From a virus, in the IMG/VR virus record IMGVR_UViG_3300012931_000667, positions 1 to 64,000 of that record: a stretch of 64,000 bases of DNA; one strand, 5' to 3'. Shown in pieces: positions 43,837-53,869 of this stretch (the stretch's first letter is position 1; the number at the start of each line of letters is the position of its first letter). The notes under the pieces are model-generated. The model worked only from the letters and a program-made list of their open reading frames with translations. It did no database searches and was not told the origin of the DNA. Made by a program: the position numbers and the translations under genes.

Positions 43837-44186
43837 AAATATCTAATTGTTCCTTAGTTATTATTTCATTTCCACAAACAGTACAAATATACTTATATTT
43901 AGGAGGATAGGTGCATAATACATAATTACTTCTTACTAATTCCCCACCATAATCACAAACTACTTTATCCTTATATTCTGGATATTCTATTTTTACTTTA
44001 ATTGTTTTCATTCTGTTATATGCTCTTTTAAGAAATCATACACAAAATGTCTAAATGATAAATCAGTGTCTAGTTGATTTGAAAAAGATTCATATGAATC
44101 AAAACCCATAAGCTCCATAGGATCATTATTTTTAATTAAATACTTATTAAAATTATTCCATAAATCTGTAAACATAAAAATTATTT

Positions 44187-44223
44187 ATACATCATAGGTA
44201 GGTATTAATTACCTATGATGTAT
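44187..44223. terminator. 14-bp perfect hairpin downstream of 44237-44800
   Basis: ATACATCATAGGTA-N9-TACCTATGATGTAT. Confidence 0.55.
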
Positions 44224-44236
44224 TTATTCCTTCCTT

Positions 44237-44800
44237 TTATCCTAAAACCTTTTTGAATTCATAAGCTTCAAAGAATACCTTTGACATAGATTCAGCATCC
44301 TTTTCTAGTTTCTCTAGAAAAGTAGCAGTTGGAATGTGATGAGTCTTAAATCGTAGTTTAAACTTTAGTAATTTATTTGTCTCTAAATCAAGAACATCAA
44401 ATTCATTAAATCTATGATGAGCACGAATAATTTGATACTTTTGTACCTTAGTAGTATGTACAAGCTTTAATGCATCCTTAACAGATAGTCCATTCTTAAT
44501 TTCATTCTCCATTTCATCAGGAGTATAAGGAACTACTTTTACTTGAGTAATAGTAGGATAAAAGTATTGTAACTTTTCCTTAATTACTCTAATTTGAGTA
44601 TGCTTATCAGCAGTAGGATCAACATCTACACTAAAACCATCAATACTTTTACCTTCTTTGATGATTTCAATATAGATTTTACCATTATCAGGAGACAGTG
44701 AACTTTTAAGTGTTAGTGGACACTTAGAAAAGAAATTATTCAGCGAAGGCATAAAATCCGCTAGATAATCCTTTAAAGAAACTTGTGCAGTTGTAACCAT
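44237..44800 (-). CDS. Hypothetical protein
   Basis: ORF with AAGGAG RBS. Confidence 0.6.
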   Translation of the reverse strand: MVTTAQVSLKDYLADFMPSLNNFFSKCPLTLKSSLSPDNGKIYIEIIKEGKSIDGFSVDVDPTADKHTQIRVIKEKLQYFYPTITQVKVVPYTPDEMENEIKNGLSVKDALKLVHTTKVQKYQIIRAHHRFNEFDVLDLETNKLLKFKLRFKTHHIPTATFLEKLEKDAESMSKVFFEAYEFKKVLG

Positions 44801-44837
44801 TTCAGTACTCCTTATAAAAAATATTTTTTAGCCAATA

Positions 44838-45905
44838 TTATTTATTGACTAGTTTACTAGAATAAAGGTATTCATTATAAATCCTATTTATAACAACACA
44901 AAAAATATTTAGATCACTATTTTCATAAATTGTAATTGTATCTTCTGGTTTCCATGAAAAAATTTTTAAGGCAGATACAATTAAATCAATATTAAAAGAA
45001 AACTCTATTTCTCCAAAGAAAGAATCCATGTCTAATTCACAATTTTTGTTATTAACTTCTATTTTAACTTTAGTATCCTTTATAGTAAGAGAAGCTTTAT
45101 TGTTAACTTCTTTAGCATAAAACCTTAGATAGTCAAGTTTAGAAATAAAATTTATAACATTAACAGTAAAGTAATTAGAACTAAATAATTTTTTTTGTAA
45201 AGAAGTAAATTTTTCTTCAAATAAAGGAAGTACAGATACCTTATCCACAGTAGCATAAATAATATCTATATTAGAGCTAGATACATAAATAGAGTTTTCT
45301 TGTCGAGAAATATTAATAGGATAATTAGTATACTTTAATAAATCAATTAATCCACAAGGTAAAATTAATTCTTCTATTGGATTATCAAATATAAAGTCAT
45401 TAATATAGATACGATACATTGAAGAACTAAATATCTTATTATTTTTTATAAAGGTAAACTTTGCTTGATTATTTTTATCTTCTGCATTAGTAAATCTATT
45501 TGCTACTACTAATTGATTATATTGATCTTTATTCTCAATACAATAATTATATTCACTTTTATTATTAAATAATTCCTTTAAAGATTCATACATATATGAT
45601 TGACTACTATCACTATTAAAAATTCCATGTATATTAGTATCTGTATTATACTTATTATTAGAATCAATCTCTACTTTTGATGAGTAGGGAATTAAATGTA
45701 ATAAGTCTGCTTTATTTAAAGTCAATACTACATCATTTTTAATTTCTTGTTCTGTTGCTTCTAAATTAATATTAATTCTAATAAACTTATTATCATCATT
45801 AATATATAATGCTTTTTCAACAATTGATATTAAACATGTTGGTGTTTCTTTACCAATAGATAATAATGAATCAAAACTCTTTAATGATGTTAAATCTAAA
45901 ATCAT
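44838..45905 (-). CDS. Putative DNA sliding clamp (DnaN/beta-clamp-like)
   Basis: 355 aa; SSSMYRI (cf. ATDxHRL) and FSFNIDLIVSALK (cf. FNxxYLxDAL); replication context. Confidence 0.5.
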   Translation of the reverse strand: MILDLTSLKSFDSLLSIGKETPTCLISIVEKALYINDDNKFIRININLEATEQEIKNDVVLTLNKADLLHLIPYSSKVEIDSNNKYNTDTNIHGIFNSDSSQSYMYESLKELFNNKSEYNYCIENKDQYNQLVVANRFTNAEDKNNQAKFTFIKNNKIFSSSMYRIYINDFIFDNPIEELILPCGLIDLLKYTNYPINISRQENSIYVSSSNIDIIYATVDKVSVLPLFEEKFTSLQKKLFSSNYFTVNVINFISKLDYLRFYAKEVNNKASLTIKDTKVKIEVNNKNCELDMDSFFGEIEFSFNIDLIVSALKIFSWKPEDTITIYENSDLNIFCVVINRIYNEYLYSSKLVNK

Positions 45906-45954
45906 AGTAATCCTTTTTAGTTAATAACTATTTTTAATATAGTAGGATAGTATC

Positions 45955-46392
45955 ATGGATCAAAACGTTTGTCAAGATAGTACATTAGAAAAATTAGAAT
46001 CTATTAAAGAAAATTTAATATTCATTGTTTGTCGTCCTTATAAAGAAAATTACTATTATTATTCAATCAATAATGTTGATAACTACAAAGTAATTGATAA
46101 ATATGAATTAAAAAAAATAATTTCATTTCTAGATGCTAAAGATATCAATCAACTAGAAGTAATAGTTACAAGATTTAAAGCATTTGTTTATATTCATGAA
46201 AAAAATATCATAAAAGAATTAGTATTAAATGAAGATGAAGCTATAGAGCAAATATTAAAAGATGAAATAATAATTAGTACTATGAAAAAAGAAGCTAATA
46301 AAAAAGATACAACAAATAAGTATGAAGATATACTAAATTCAATTAAAAAGAAATTGAAGCACACAAAAACTATTATTAAGAAATTTAATTAG
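45955..46392 (+). CDS. Hypothetical protein
   Basis: Lone plus-strand ORF with RBS and an upstream TAACTATTTT motif at 45925. Confidence 0.55.
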   Translation: MDQNVCQDSTLEKLESIKENLIFIVCRPYKENYYYYSINNVDNYKVIDKYELKKIISFLDAKDINQLEVIVTRFKAFVYIHEKNIIKELVLNEDEAIEQILKDEIIISTMKKEANKKDTTNKYEDILNSIKKKLKHTKTIIKKFN

Positions 46393-46789
46393 TTAATCTT
46401 ATTTTATTAAATTCAATAAACTTGGTATTCTCTAATTTTTTTGTACTACTTTTTTTCTTTGTTTTCCTTTTTAGGGGAACAACAAAATCATAACTAAATG
46501 GAATAATATTACATTTATATAAATTTGATGTTCCTTCTCTGTAGGTCTTACTTATCCATCCATATAGTTCTAAACGTTTTAATGATCTAAAAACAGTTGA
46601 TCTAGAAACAAAGGTATCATTAACAATAGTAGATATCCTAGGAAAAGAGTATGAACTTAATCCTTGACGTATTTTTAAGTATGTATAAATGCGAATATCA
46701 TTTAGATTTAATCTTCTATCTTGAATAAGAGAAATAGGAATAGCACCAGTTTCTATAGAATTAATTATGCTTCCTTTTTTATCCACCAT
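46385..46789 (-). CDS. Winged-HTH protein (replication initiator-like)
   Basis: DIRIYTYL...SFPRISTIVNDTFVSRSTVFRSLKRLELYGWI...SNLY. Confidence 0.75.
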   Translation of the reverse strand: MVDKKGSIINSIETGAIPISLIQDRRLNLNDIRIYTYLKIRQGLSSYSFPRISTIVNDTFVSRSTVFRSLKRLELYGWISKTYREGTSNLYKCNIIPFSYDFVVPLKRKTKKKSSTKKLENTKFIEFNKIRLTN

Positions 46790-46824
46790 GATTATTTACC
46801 TACTTCTATTTTGTTTCAATTAGT

Positions 46825-47175
46825 ATATTAGTCATAAATAGTACTTTATGTCAAGTAGGGTCAATGAGTGTCAAAACAGTGAAAAAGTGTCAGTAGTGAC
46901 ACCCATAATAATTACATTAAGGAAGATTTCAATCACTTCGTTCTTGAAATCCAAATCATTGAAAGGAAATCTAGTTACTAATTGTATGTTCAGTCGCTTC
47001 GCTCCTTCACATACAATTAGTAACTATCACAATTTCGCTTCGCTCAATTGCTCATATTATAATTTGATTAATACTAAATTAATTATATAATATTTAATTT
47101 TAATTTAATATAAATAATGAAAAGGAATATTAAAGAGGAGGACTACTTGACAAAGAATCTACTTCATGTTATTAG
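46825..47175. other. Putative replication origin at the divergent strand switch
   Basis: GTCAA repeats phased at 10 bp, three hairpins with a shared loop motif, an almost pure A/T tract, and flanking divergent TTGACA promoters (46825-46854 minus, 47147-47175 plus). Confidence 0.6.
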
Positions 47176-47221
47176 TAATCTCTAATTATAATTGAAATAT
47201 AATAAAAAAAGGAATATTCTA

Positions 47222-48556
47222 TTGATAATCCCATCAAAGTTTTCAAATTTAGATTTAAGTGATCCTATTTATAGTTATGCTTTAGATCAATTAGTAAATA
47301 CTAATAATAATCTAAATATAATAGGTTCAGCAGGAACAGGAAAAAGTATATTATTATCTCTTGCTTATGATATGTTAAAAAATCAAGGAAAAAATGTAGT
47401 AGTAGTTTGTCCTACTGGAATTGCTTCTTTTAATTTACAAAAAAAAGGTATTCCTGCTGTAACAATTCATAGCTTTTTTAAACTTCCTCCTGCTTCAGTA
47501 TATAGTTCTGGAATGATTCATATTAATAATAATTTGTATGAATTAATGAATAATATAGATGTATTAATTATAGATGAAGTTTCATTTATGAATTGTTCAT
47601 TATTAGATTTTATACATGAATTACTATTAAACTATAGGTCAAAACAAGAACAAAATATTCCTAGAATGATTCTTTTTGGAGATCCTTTACAATTAGAGTC
47701 TCCAATGGATAAGAAAGATAAAGCAGTAATGAAATATTTTGATGAATTATATGAAGGAAAAATTAATTATTTTAATGCTAACTCTTTTAGAGACTATGGA
47801 TACAAAGTAATTCAACTAACTAAGATATTTAGACAGTCTAATGAAGTATATCAAAGTATTTTTAATCGTGTACGTCAAGGTACACAAACTAATGAGGATT
47901 TAATAATACTAAATGAGCAAGTAATAAGTGAAGAAGAATATTTTAAAAGAAATGAAATGTATTTATATCTCTCCCCTACTAATGCTGGTGCAGATTTAGT
48001 AAATAAAAGTTACTATGATATTCTTGAAGGTAGACCAAGAATGTATGAAACATATATTCATGGTGATGTTGATTTAAGTAAAAAGAAGAATATTCATGAA
48101 AGAATTTACTTAAAAAAAGATTGTCAAGTTATGTGTTTATTTAATGCTCCTGATGGATCATATGTAAATGGAACTTTAGCTAAAGTAACAAAATTAAATG
48201 ATGATGATGTAGAAGCCATAAAAGAAAATGGTGAAATTATTACTATTGGTAGGCATCAACTACAAGATTACAAGTATGATTATAATGAAATTACAAAACA
48301 AATTACATTAAATAAATGTGGAGATATTGATACATTAGGATGTACATTAGGATTTAGCTTGACCTACCATAAAACACAATCTATGAGTTTAGATACCTAT
48401 TATATAGACTTAGCGAAAGGAATGTTTGCTAATGGAATGTTATATGTAGCAATTAGCAGAGCTGTTGATTTTACTAAAGTAGGATTATCTAGACCTTTAG
48501 CACATCAGGATGTAATTGTGTCAAATGAAGCACTTGAATTTTTAGGTACTATCTAA
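47222..48556 (+). CDS. PIF1/RecD-like SF1B helicase
   Basis: GSAGTGKS, CPTG, TIHSFF, IIDEVS, GDPLQL, IFRQ, YVNG, HKTQS, YVAISR. Probable TTG start at 47222. Confidence 0.9.
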   Translation: MIIPSKFSNLDLSDPIYSYALDQLVNTNNNLNIIGSAGTGKSILLSLAYDMLKNQGKNVVVVCPTGIASFNLQKKGIPAVTIHSFFKLPPASVYSSGMIHINNNLYELMNNIDVLIIDEVSFMNCSLLDFIHELLLNYRSKQEQNIPRMILFGDPLQLESPMDKKDKAVMKYFDELYEGKINYFNANSFRDYGYKVIQLTKIFRQSNEVYQSIFNRVRQGTQTNEDLIILNEQVISEEEYFKRNEMYLYLSPTNAGADLVNKSYYDILEGRPRMYETYIHGDVDLSKKKNIHERIYLKKDCQVMCLFNAPDGSYVNGTLAKVTKLNDDDVEAIKENGEIITIGRHQLQDYKYDYNEITKQITLNKCGDIDTLGCTLGFSLTYHKTQSMSLDTYYIDLAKGMFANGMLYVAISRAVDFTKVGLSRPLAHQDVIVSNEALEFLGTI

Positions 48557-48559
48557 ATT

Positions 48560-48672
48560 AAGAGGACAGTAGGTTGACGCCTATTGCTAAAATTATTCCA
48601 GTTTTAGCTAACTCTTTTATTTTTTTTAACTATATAAAATAAAGTTGCGTCAACAACTTAAAAGGAAAAATT
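48560..48672 (+). ncRNA. Structured endonuclease-leader RNA, copy 2
   Basis: P1 AAGAG/CTCTT, GAC, P2 AGTAGG-TTGACG-CCTATT, P3 GCTAAAATT/AGTTTTAGC, TAA, T-tract, TAACTATATA, P4 AAGTTG-CGTCAA-CAACTT, AAAGG RBS. Confidence 0.8.
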
Positions 48673-49524
48673 ATGGAAGAAAAAGTATTGTTACTTGAAG
48701 ATCGTAGATTTTATGTTTATATTTATCTAGACCCTAGAAAACCTGGAAATTACAACTATGGTGAATACCATTTTGATTTTGAACCTTTTTATGTTGGTAA
48801 AGGAAGTGGATATAGAGCTTGGAGTCATTTGCAATCTTATATGTTAAAAGAAACTGGAAATTTAAGAATTAATAAATTTAGAAAAATTATTAATAATGGA
48901 TATAAAATAGAACCTATAATAATTAAAACTAATATTTTAGAAAAAGAATCTTTTTATTATGAAAAATTATTAATTAAATTGATAGGAAGATATGATAAAA
49001 ATAAAGGACCATTAGTTAATCAAACAGATGGTGGAGAGGGTACTTGTGGAACTATTTTTTCTAAAGAAGCTATAGAAAAAATGAGACAAGCTAATTTAGG
49101 TAGAAGATATTCCAATGAAATTAATAAGAAAAAAGGAAGAAAAGGAAGATTAGTTTCAGAGGAAACTAAAGAAAAACATAAACAATATAAAGTTTCTGAA
49201 GAAGTAAAGAGAAAACAATCTAAAAATAAAGAAGGAAATAAAAATCCTAGATTTGGAAAACCAGCAATGAATAGAGTTAAAGTTATTTATGTAAATGAGA
49301 ATAAAGAATTTAATTCTTTATTAGAAGCTGGAGAGTACACTAATAGGTGTTCAAGTGATATTCACAAATGTTGTTCTGGAAAAGTAAAATCAATAGGAAG
49401 AAATAGTGGAAATAAATTTTATTTTATGTATGTATCAACTTATATTAGTTTATCTAATGAAGAAAAAAAACAATTATTATCTAATTTTGATTTAACACAA
49501 CAATTTATCTTAAACCATATATAA
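48673..49524 (+). CDS. Free-standing GIY-YIG-superfamily endonuclease (YVY...FYVGKG type) with NUMOD3/HTH
   Basis: FYVYIYLDPRK...PFYVGKG..R, E...LI, LVNQTDGGEG, SEETKEK units, C-terminal HTH. Confidence 0.8.
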   Translation: MEEKVLLLEDRRFYVYIYLDPRKPGNYNYGEYHFDFEPFYVGKGSGYRAWSHLQSYMLKETGNLRINKFRKIINNGYKIEPIIIKTNILEKESFYYEKLLIKLIGRYDKNKGPLVNQTDGGEGTCGTIFSKEAIEKMRQANLGRRYSNEINKKKGRKGRLVSEETKEKHKQYKVSEEVKRKQSKNKEGNKNPRFGKPAMNRVKVIYVNENKEFNSLLEAGEYTNRCSSDIHKCCSGKVKSIGRNSGNKFYFMYVSTYISLSNEEKKQLLSNFDLTQQFILNHI

Positions 49525-49576
49525 TAATTACCTAAATAAAAATTTTAATTATAAAATATAAGGAGAATAAATAATA

Positions 49577-50149
49577 ATGCATTTTAACGATTATCAGCGA
49601 GAGGCTAGGAAGACTGCAATCTATCCTAAAGAATATAAAATAGTTTATCCTTCATTTGGATTGATGGATGAGTTTACTGAATTTGTAGAAAAAGAAGAAG
49701 ATAGATTTATTAATCATGTTAAAGATATTGAAATTGTAAAAGAAATATTCGATACTTTTTGGTATATTTCTAATTTAATATCTGATATTTATGAAAATAA
49801 AAATTGGAATTATAACTTATATAATGTATTTCCTGATAGTGAAATTGATATTAAAGAATATATAATAGAGAATACTTCAGATATTGACAAATGGGATAAT
49901 CATACTATTTTTAGAAAGATAGGACAAATACAAGGTAAAATAAAAAAGTTATTAAGAAAAGATTATACTGAACTTTCTACAGAAACAATAAATTTTATTA
50001 TTAATAATATTAAATATATAGGTTACTACTTAATTGATAAAGCTAATATATATGGATATGAAATAGAGGATGGATTACAATTGAATATTGATAAGCTTAA
50101 AGATAGACAGGAACGTGGAGTATTAAAAGGGAATGGCGATAATAGATAA
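49577..50149 (+). CDS. MazG-like NTP pyrophosphohydrolase
   Basis: YQREARKTAIYP, KEIFDTFWY, NIDKLKDRQERGVLKGNGDNR. Confidence 0.8.
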   Translation: MHFNDYQREARKTAIYPKEYKIVYPSFGLMDEFTEFVEKEEDRFINHVKDIEIVKEIFDTFWYISNLISDIYENKNWNYNLYNVFPDSEIDIKEYIIENTSDIDKWDNHTIFRKIGQIQGKIKKLLRKDYTELSTETINFIINNIKYIGYYLIDKANIYGYEIEDGLQLNIDKLKDRQERGVLKGNGDNR

Positions 50150-50160
50150 AGGAGACAACT

Positions 50161-50939
50161 ATGGCTACTAATGGAAACAAAGTTATTACAGTTTATGATT
50201 TAATTGAATATCTTAAGTTACTACCTAATTATAAATTATATATAAATACTACTGGTAGTGATAATATGAATGACTGGTATAATTTAGAGGAGTTTGATCT
50301 TATTACTAAAATTGCTACTATTAAAACTCTGATAAATACAGTAGAACAAAGTAGTAATGATGAAAATTATGTTGTTATTAGTTTGGAAGGCTAAAGATGA
50401 ATACTAATAAACTAACTACAGATAATAATGATCCTGAATTAAGAGTTACTGAACCTGATGGACAATATAAAAAGTATTTAGTATTAAGTGATGAGGAAAG
50501 GTCTAAAGGATTTATTCAACCAGTTAGAAGAAGTTATGTACATAAAATTTGTGGTGGATTAACCACAATGGGAAAAGAATTAAGTGAAACCTATGCTAAA
50601 AACCCTAATTTCTATTCAGGAACTTATTGTTGTTCTTGTGGTACTCATTTTCCATTAAAAGATACTGATGGTAACTATAATTTTTATTGGGACGATGATG
50701 GTACAGGGGTAGGTGAAACCACTACAGAAAAAGAAAGAGAGTATAGTAAAGTAGTAACTAGAGTAGCATTAGAACAAAATAATAGTGAAGCATTATTACA
50801 ATTACAAAGAAGAAATAGTGTTTATAAAAAATTATTATCCTCTATTGATGACTATTCATCAAGACTTTATGTTAAATTTGATAATAGTGATCAAGTAATT
50901 ATGCAAGCAATAGGTAAATTAAATTCTTTATTGAAATAA
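50161..50939 (+). CDS. Two hypothetical proteins (50161-50394; 50397-50939 with a His/Cys metal-binding pattern)
   Basis: ORFs; HKICG...YCCSCGTHF in the second. Confidence 0.55.
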
Positions 50940-50951
50940 AAGAGGTATATT

Positions 50952-51590
50952 ATGAATCTTTCTATTCCTACTAATGAACTAGAAAAACTATTTACTATTT
51001 TTAATGAACATTATTATCAATCAAAACTTGATAAAACAATGATTGTTATTCAATCTATAGGTAAAAAACCTTGCTATGGATTTTTTACCGTAGGAAAAAT
51101 GTGGAAGGATTCTACAGATAAAGAATTTCATGAAATAACTATTGGTGCAGAGTATCTTAATAGGAATGTCTATGGAATTTGTGTTACACTATTACATGAA
51201 ATGGTACATGCAATAAATAGTCAATTAGGAATTGTAGATACTTCTGCTAATTATAAATATCATAATAAAAAGTTTCGTGAACAAGCAGAATTAGTAGGAC
51301 TTGTTTGTAAACATGATACTAAATTTGGATGGGGCATAACAGAGCCTTCAGAAGAATTTATGAAATATATTGATACATTAACTATAAATAAAGATTGTTT
51401 CAATATTTTTAGACAAAAGGTAGTAGCATTAAAAGTAGCTAATAATAATAAATTATATAATTATGTTTGTAATTGTGGTGAACAAATTAAAAGTAAATTA
51501 GAATTAGATGAATTAAGTATTACTTGTAATAATTGTGGTACTAATTTTAAATTTATGGAAATTAAAAGAGGAAGGAAAAGAAAAGTATGA
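50952..51590 (+). CDS. SprT-like zinc metalloprotease
   Basis: TLLHEMVH, YHNKKF, C-terminal CxC...CxxC. Confidence 0.8.
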   Translation: MNLSIPTNELEKLFTIFNEHYYQSKLDKTMIVIQSIGKKPCYGFFTVGKMWKDSTDKEFHEITIGAEYLNRNVYGICVTLLHEMVHAINSQLGIVDTSANYKYHNKKFREQAELVGLVCKHDTKFGWGITEPSEEFMKYIDTLTINKDCFNIFRQKVVALKVANNNKLYNYVCNCGEQIKSKLELDELSITCNNCGTNFKFMEIKRGRKRKV

Positions 51591-51772
51591 AAGTAAAACT
51601 TTATGCTCAAACTAGGTATGTTGGTAGTAAGGATAGTATAGTAATTGATGTAGATGATGATGATTGGAATAATCTGAATGATAATGAAAAAAATCAGTAT
51701 ATGCAAGATGAATATGAAAGTAGCAATTTAGTTGAATGGGGATGGGAAGAAGTTTAGTTAAAGGAATTTAAT

Positions 51773-52156
51773 TTGAGTACTATTATTGTTAATAAATTAC
51801 CTATGAAGTATAATACTCCATTAAGTAATAAAAATAAGGAATATTATAATCATTCATTAATTGATGCTGTACAAAAGTATGCTACTGATGTAGGTTATAT
51901 ATTAAATTATAATGAATTTAGAAAAGATAATTATAAATATGAAACAGAAGATGTAATAGCTCAAATGGGAACTAATGTATACATCTCATTAGATAAAGAT
52001 ATAGAATTTTTAAGTTCTATCATAAATGAAAAATATGATTATATATCCTCATTAGGATGCTCATTTTTATATGTATGGCCTAGAATGGAAGTTAATCATC
52101 ACTCTAATGGGAATATTCAAGTTAAAGATATTTATGGATTAGAATTACTTATTTAA
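51773..52156 (+). CDS. Hypothetical protein
   Basis: TTG start with AAGGA RBS. Confidence 0.5.
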   Translation: MSTIIVNKLPMKYNTPLSNKNKEYYNHSLIDAVQKYATDVGYILNYNEFRKDNYKYETEDVIAQMGTNVYISLDKDIEFLSSIINEKYDYISSLGCSFLYVWPRMEVNHHSNGNIQVKDIYGLELLI

Positions 52157-52171
52157 TAATAGGAAAAAGCT

Positions 52172-52516
52172 ATGTATAAGTTTAAAGGTAAATCTATAGA
52201 AAAAAATGAATATATCTATGGTTCACTTCTTACTATAAATGATAAATATTATATTTATCCTCATGATTATGGAGATTTATCTGATATTGATTTTGGATAT
52301 GCTTTTGAAGAAGTATATAAAGATTCTGTAGTACCATTAGTAGGATTCGATAGTGATAATAATGAAGTATACCCTGGTGATTATCTTCATAAAGAATCTT
52401 ATGATAGTTGGGTAATTCAAAATAATTTTAAAATTGAAATTAAGAATAGTATGAATATAAATAGTAGTAATCACTTATTTATTGATGTAGAAGATTTAAA
52501 ATATAGGAAAAAGTAA
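52172..52516 (+). CDS. YopX-family protein
   Basis: YKFKGK...YIYGSL...GFDSDNNEVYPGD. Confidence 0.65.
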   Translation: MYKFKGKSIEKNEYIYGSLLTINDKYYIYPHDYGDLSDIDFGYAFEEVYKDSVVPLVGFDSDNNEVYPGDYLHKESYDSWVIQNNFKIEIKNSMNINSSNHLFIDVEDLKYRKK

Positions 52517-52518
52517 GT

Positions 52519-53106
52519 ATGAATAAACTGGTAATTGGAATTGATATGGATAATACTATAAATGATTTTACTAATCAATTTTTAGTATATGCAACAAATT
52601 TAGGGTATAAAATTGATGTAAGTAAGGCTAAAAGAATATGGGGTTTAGAAGAATCTATTATAGGATATTCTAAAGAAGACCAATCTGCAATTATGAATAG
52701 TATTATGGAAATTGATGATTATTGGACTACAATGAAGGCTATTCCTTATGCTATAGAATATGTAAACTGGTTAGCAGTTAGGGAAGATTGTTATATTGTT
52801 ACTTCTCCTTGGAGAAATGAAGATAAATTTTATGATACTAAAATACAATGGGTAGAAGAGAAATTACCATTACTAAAAAATAAAATAATATTTTCTCATG
52901 ATAAATGGAGTTTAGATTTAGATGTAATCATTGATGATAAACCTAAAACACTAGAAAAATGTAATGATGTAGGGATAATAACTATAGGAGTAGACTATCC
53001 ATATAATAGTAATGTTGATGTAGAATACCGAATGAAGGTCTGGTATAACCTTCCTTGTTATATAAAACAAATAAGACATACACTATCTTATAAAAATAAT
53101 TTATAA
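52519..53106 (+). CDS. 5'(3')-deoxyribonucleotidase (HAD family)
   Basis: IDMDNTI, VTSP, K..W, IIDDKP. Confidence 0.85.
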   Translation: MNKLVIGIDMDNTINDFTNQFLVYATNLGYKIDVSKAKRIWGLEESIIGYSKEDQSAIMNSIMEIDDYWTTMKAIPYAIEYVNWLAVREDCYIVTSPWRNEDKFYDTKIQWVEEKLPLLKNKIIFSHDKWSLDLDVIIDDKPKTLEKCNDVGIITIGVDYPYNSNVDVEYRMKVWYNLPCYIKQIRHTLSYKNNL

Positions 53107-53119
53107 TAGAGGTTTATTT

Positions 53120-53869
53120 ATGTATGATGCTATTAGTATTAGGTTTAAAGAATATGAATCAGTATCTAGACAATTTCTAATTAATAAACTTCCAGTAATA
53201 GTTAGAATAGATGGTAAAGCGTTCCATACATGGACTAGAAATTTAAATAGTCCTTTTGATTCTGATTTAATGGAGGCAATGAATAAAACTACTGAAATAA
53301 TATGTAAAGAAATGCAAGGATTCAAATGTGCTTATGTACAATCTGATGAAATATCAATTGTACTTTCAGATATTAGTCATAATGTAAATACTCAAGCATG
53401 GTTTAATAATAATAGAGATAAAATAATTAGTATTAGTTCTTCTTTAGCTTCTGCTAATTTTAATTCTATTGTGACTAACTATCCTCATTTAAAACATGAA
53501 GCAATAGATAGACATGGATTAGCTTATTTTGATTCTCGTGCTTTTAATTTACCTTTACATGAAGTAGAAAATTACTTAATTTGGAGATACAAAGATTGTG
53601 TGCGTAATAGTTTATTTTCAGTAGCACAATTTAATTTTTCTCATAAAGAATTAATGAATAAGAATCAATCTGATGTTCATGAAATGTTGCATACAAAAGG
53701 AATCAATTGGGCAACTGATTTTAGTTCATGGGAAAAGAATGGTAGATTTTTTTGGAAACCACATGAAGAAGAAAATAGTGGGTATGCATGGTTAAAAGAA
53801 ACACCGGACTTTACAGATATTGATTTTAGACAAACAATAGTAAATTTAATACAAGGAGATATTTGGTAA
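53120..53869 (+). CDS. tRNA(His) guanylyltransferase Thg1-like 3'-5' polymerase
   Basis: RIDGKAFH, YVQSDEIS, FDSR, YLIWR, GINW. Confidence 0.9.
   Translation: MYDAISIRFKEYESVSRQFLINKLPVIVRIDGKAFHTWTRNLNSPFDSDLMEAMNKTTEIICKEMQGFKCAYVQSDEISIVLSDISHNVNTQAWFNNNRDKIISISSSLASANFNSIVTNYPHLKHEAIDRHGLAYFDSRAFNLPLHEVENYLIWRYKDCVRNSLFSVAQFNFSHKELMNKNQSDVHEMLHTKGINWATDFSSWEKNGRFFWKPHEEENSGYAWLKETPDFTDIDFRQTIVNLIQGDIW

Noticed and set aside
46848-47090. 80-aa plus-strand ORF in the strand-switch region
   Set aside because: It overlaps the repeats and hairpins, has atypical composition and no RBS. The region is better explained as non-coding.
48560-49577. Idea that the leader RNA plus endonuclease is a group I or group II intron
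   Set aside because: No catalytic core or 3' intron part is visible after any of the three endonuclease genes, and the upstream genes end in their own stop codons.
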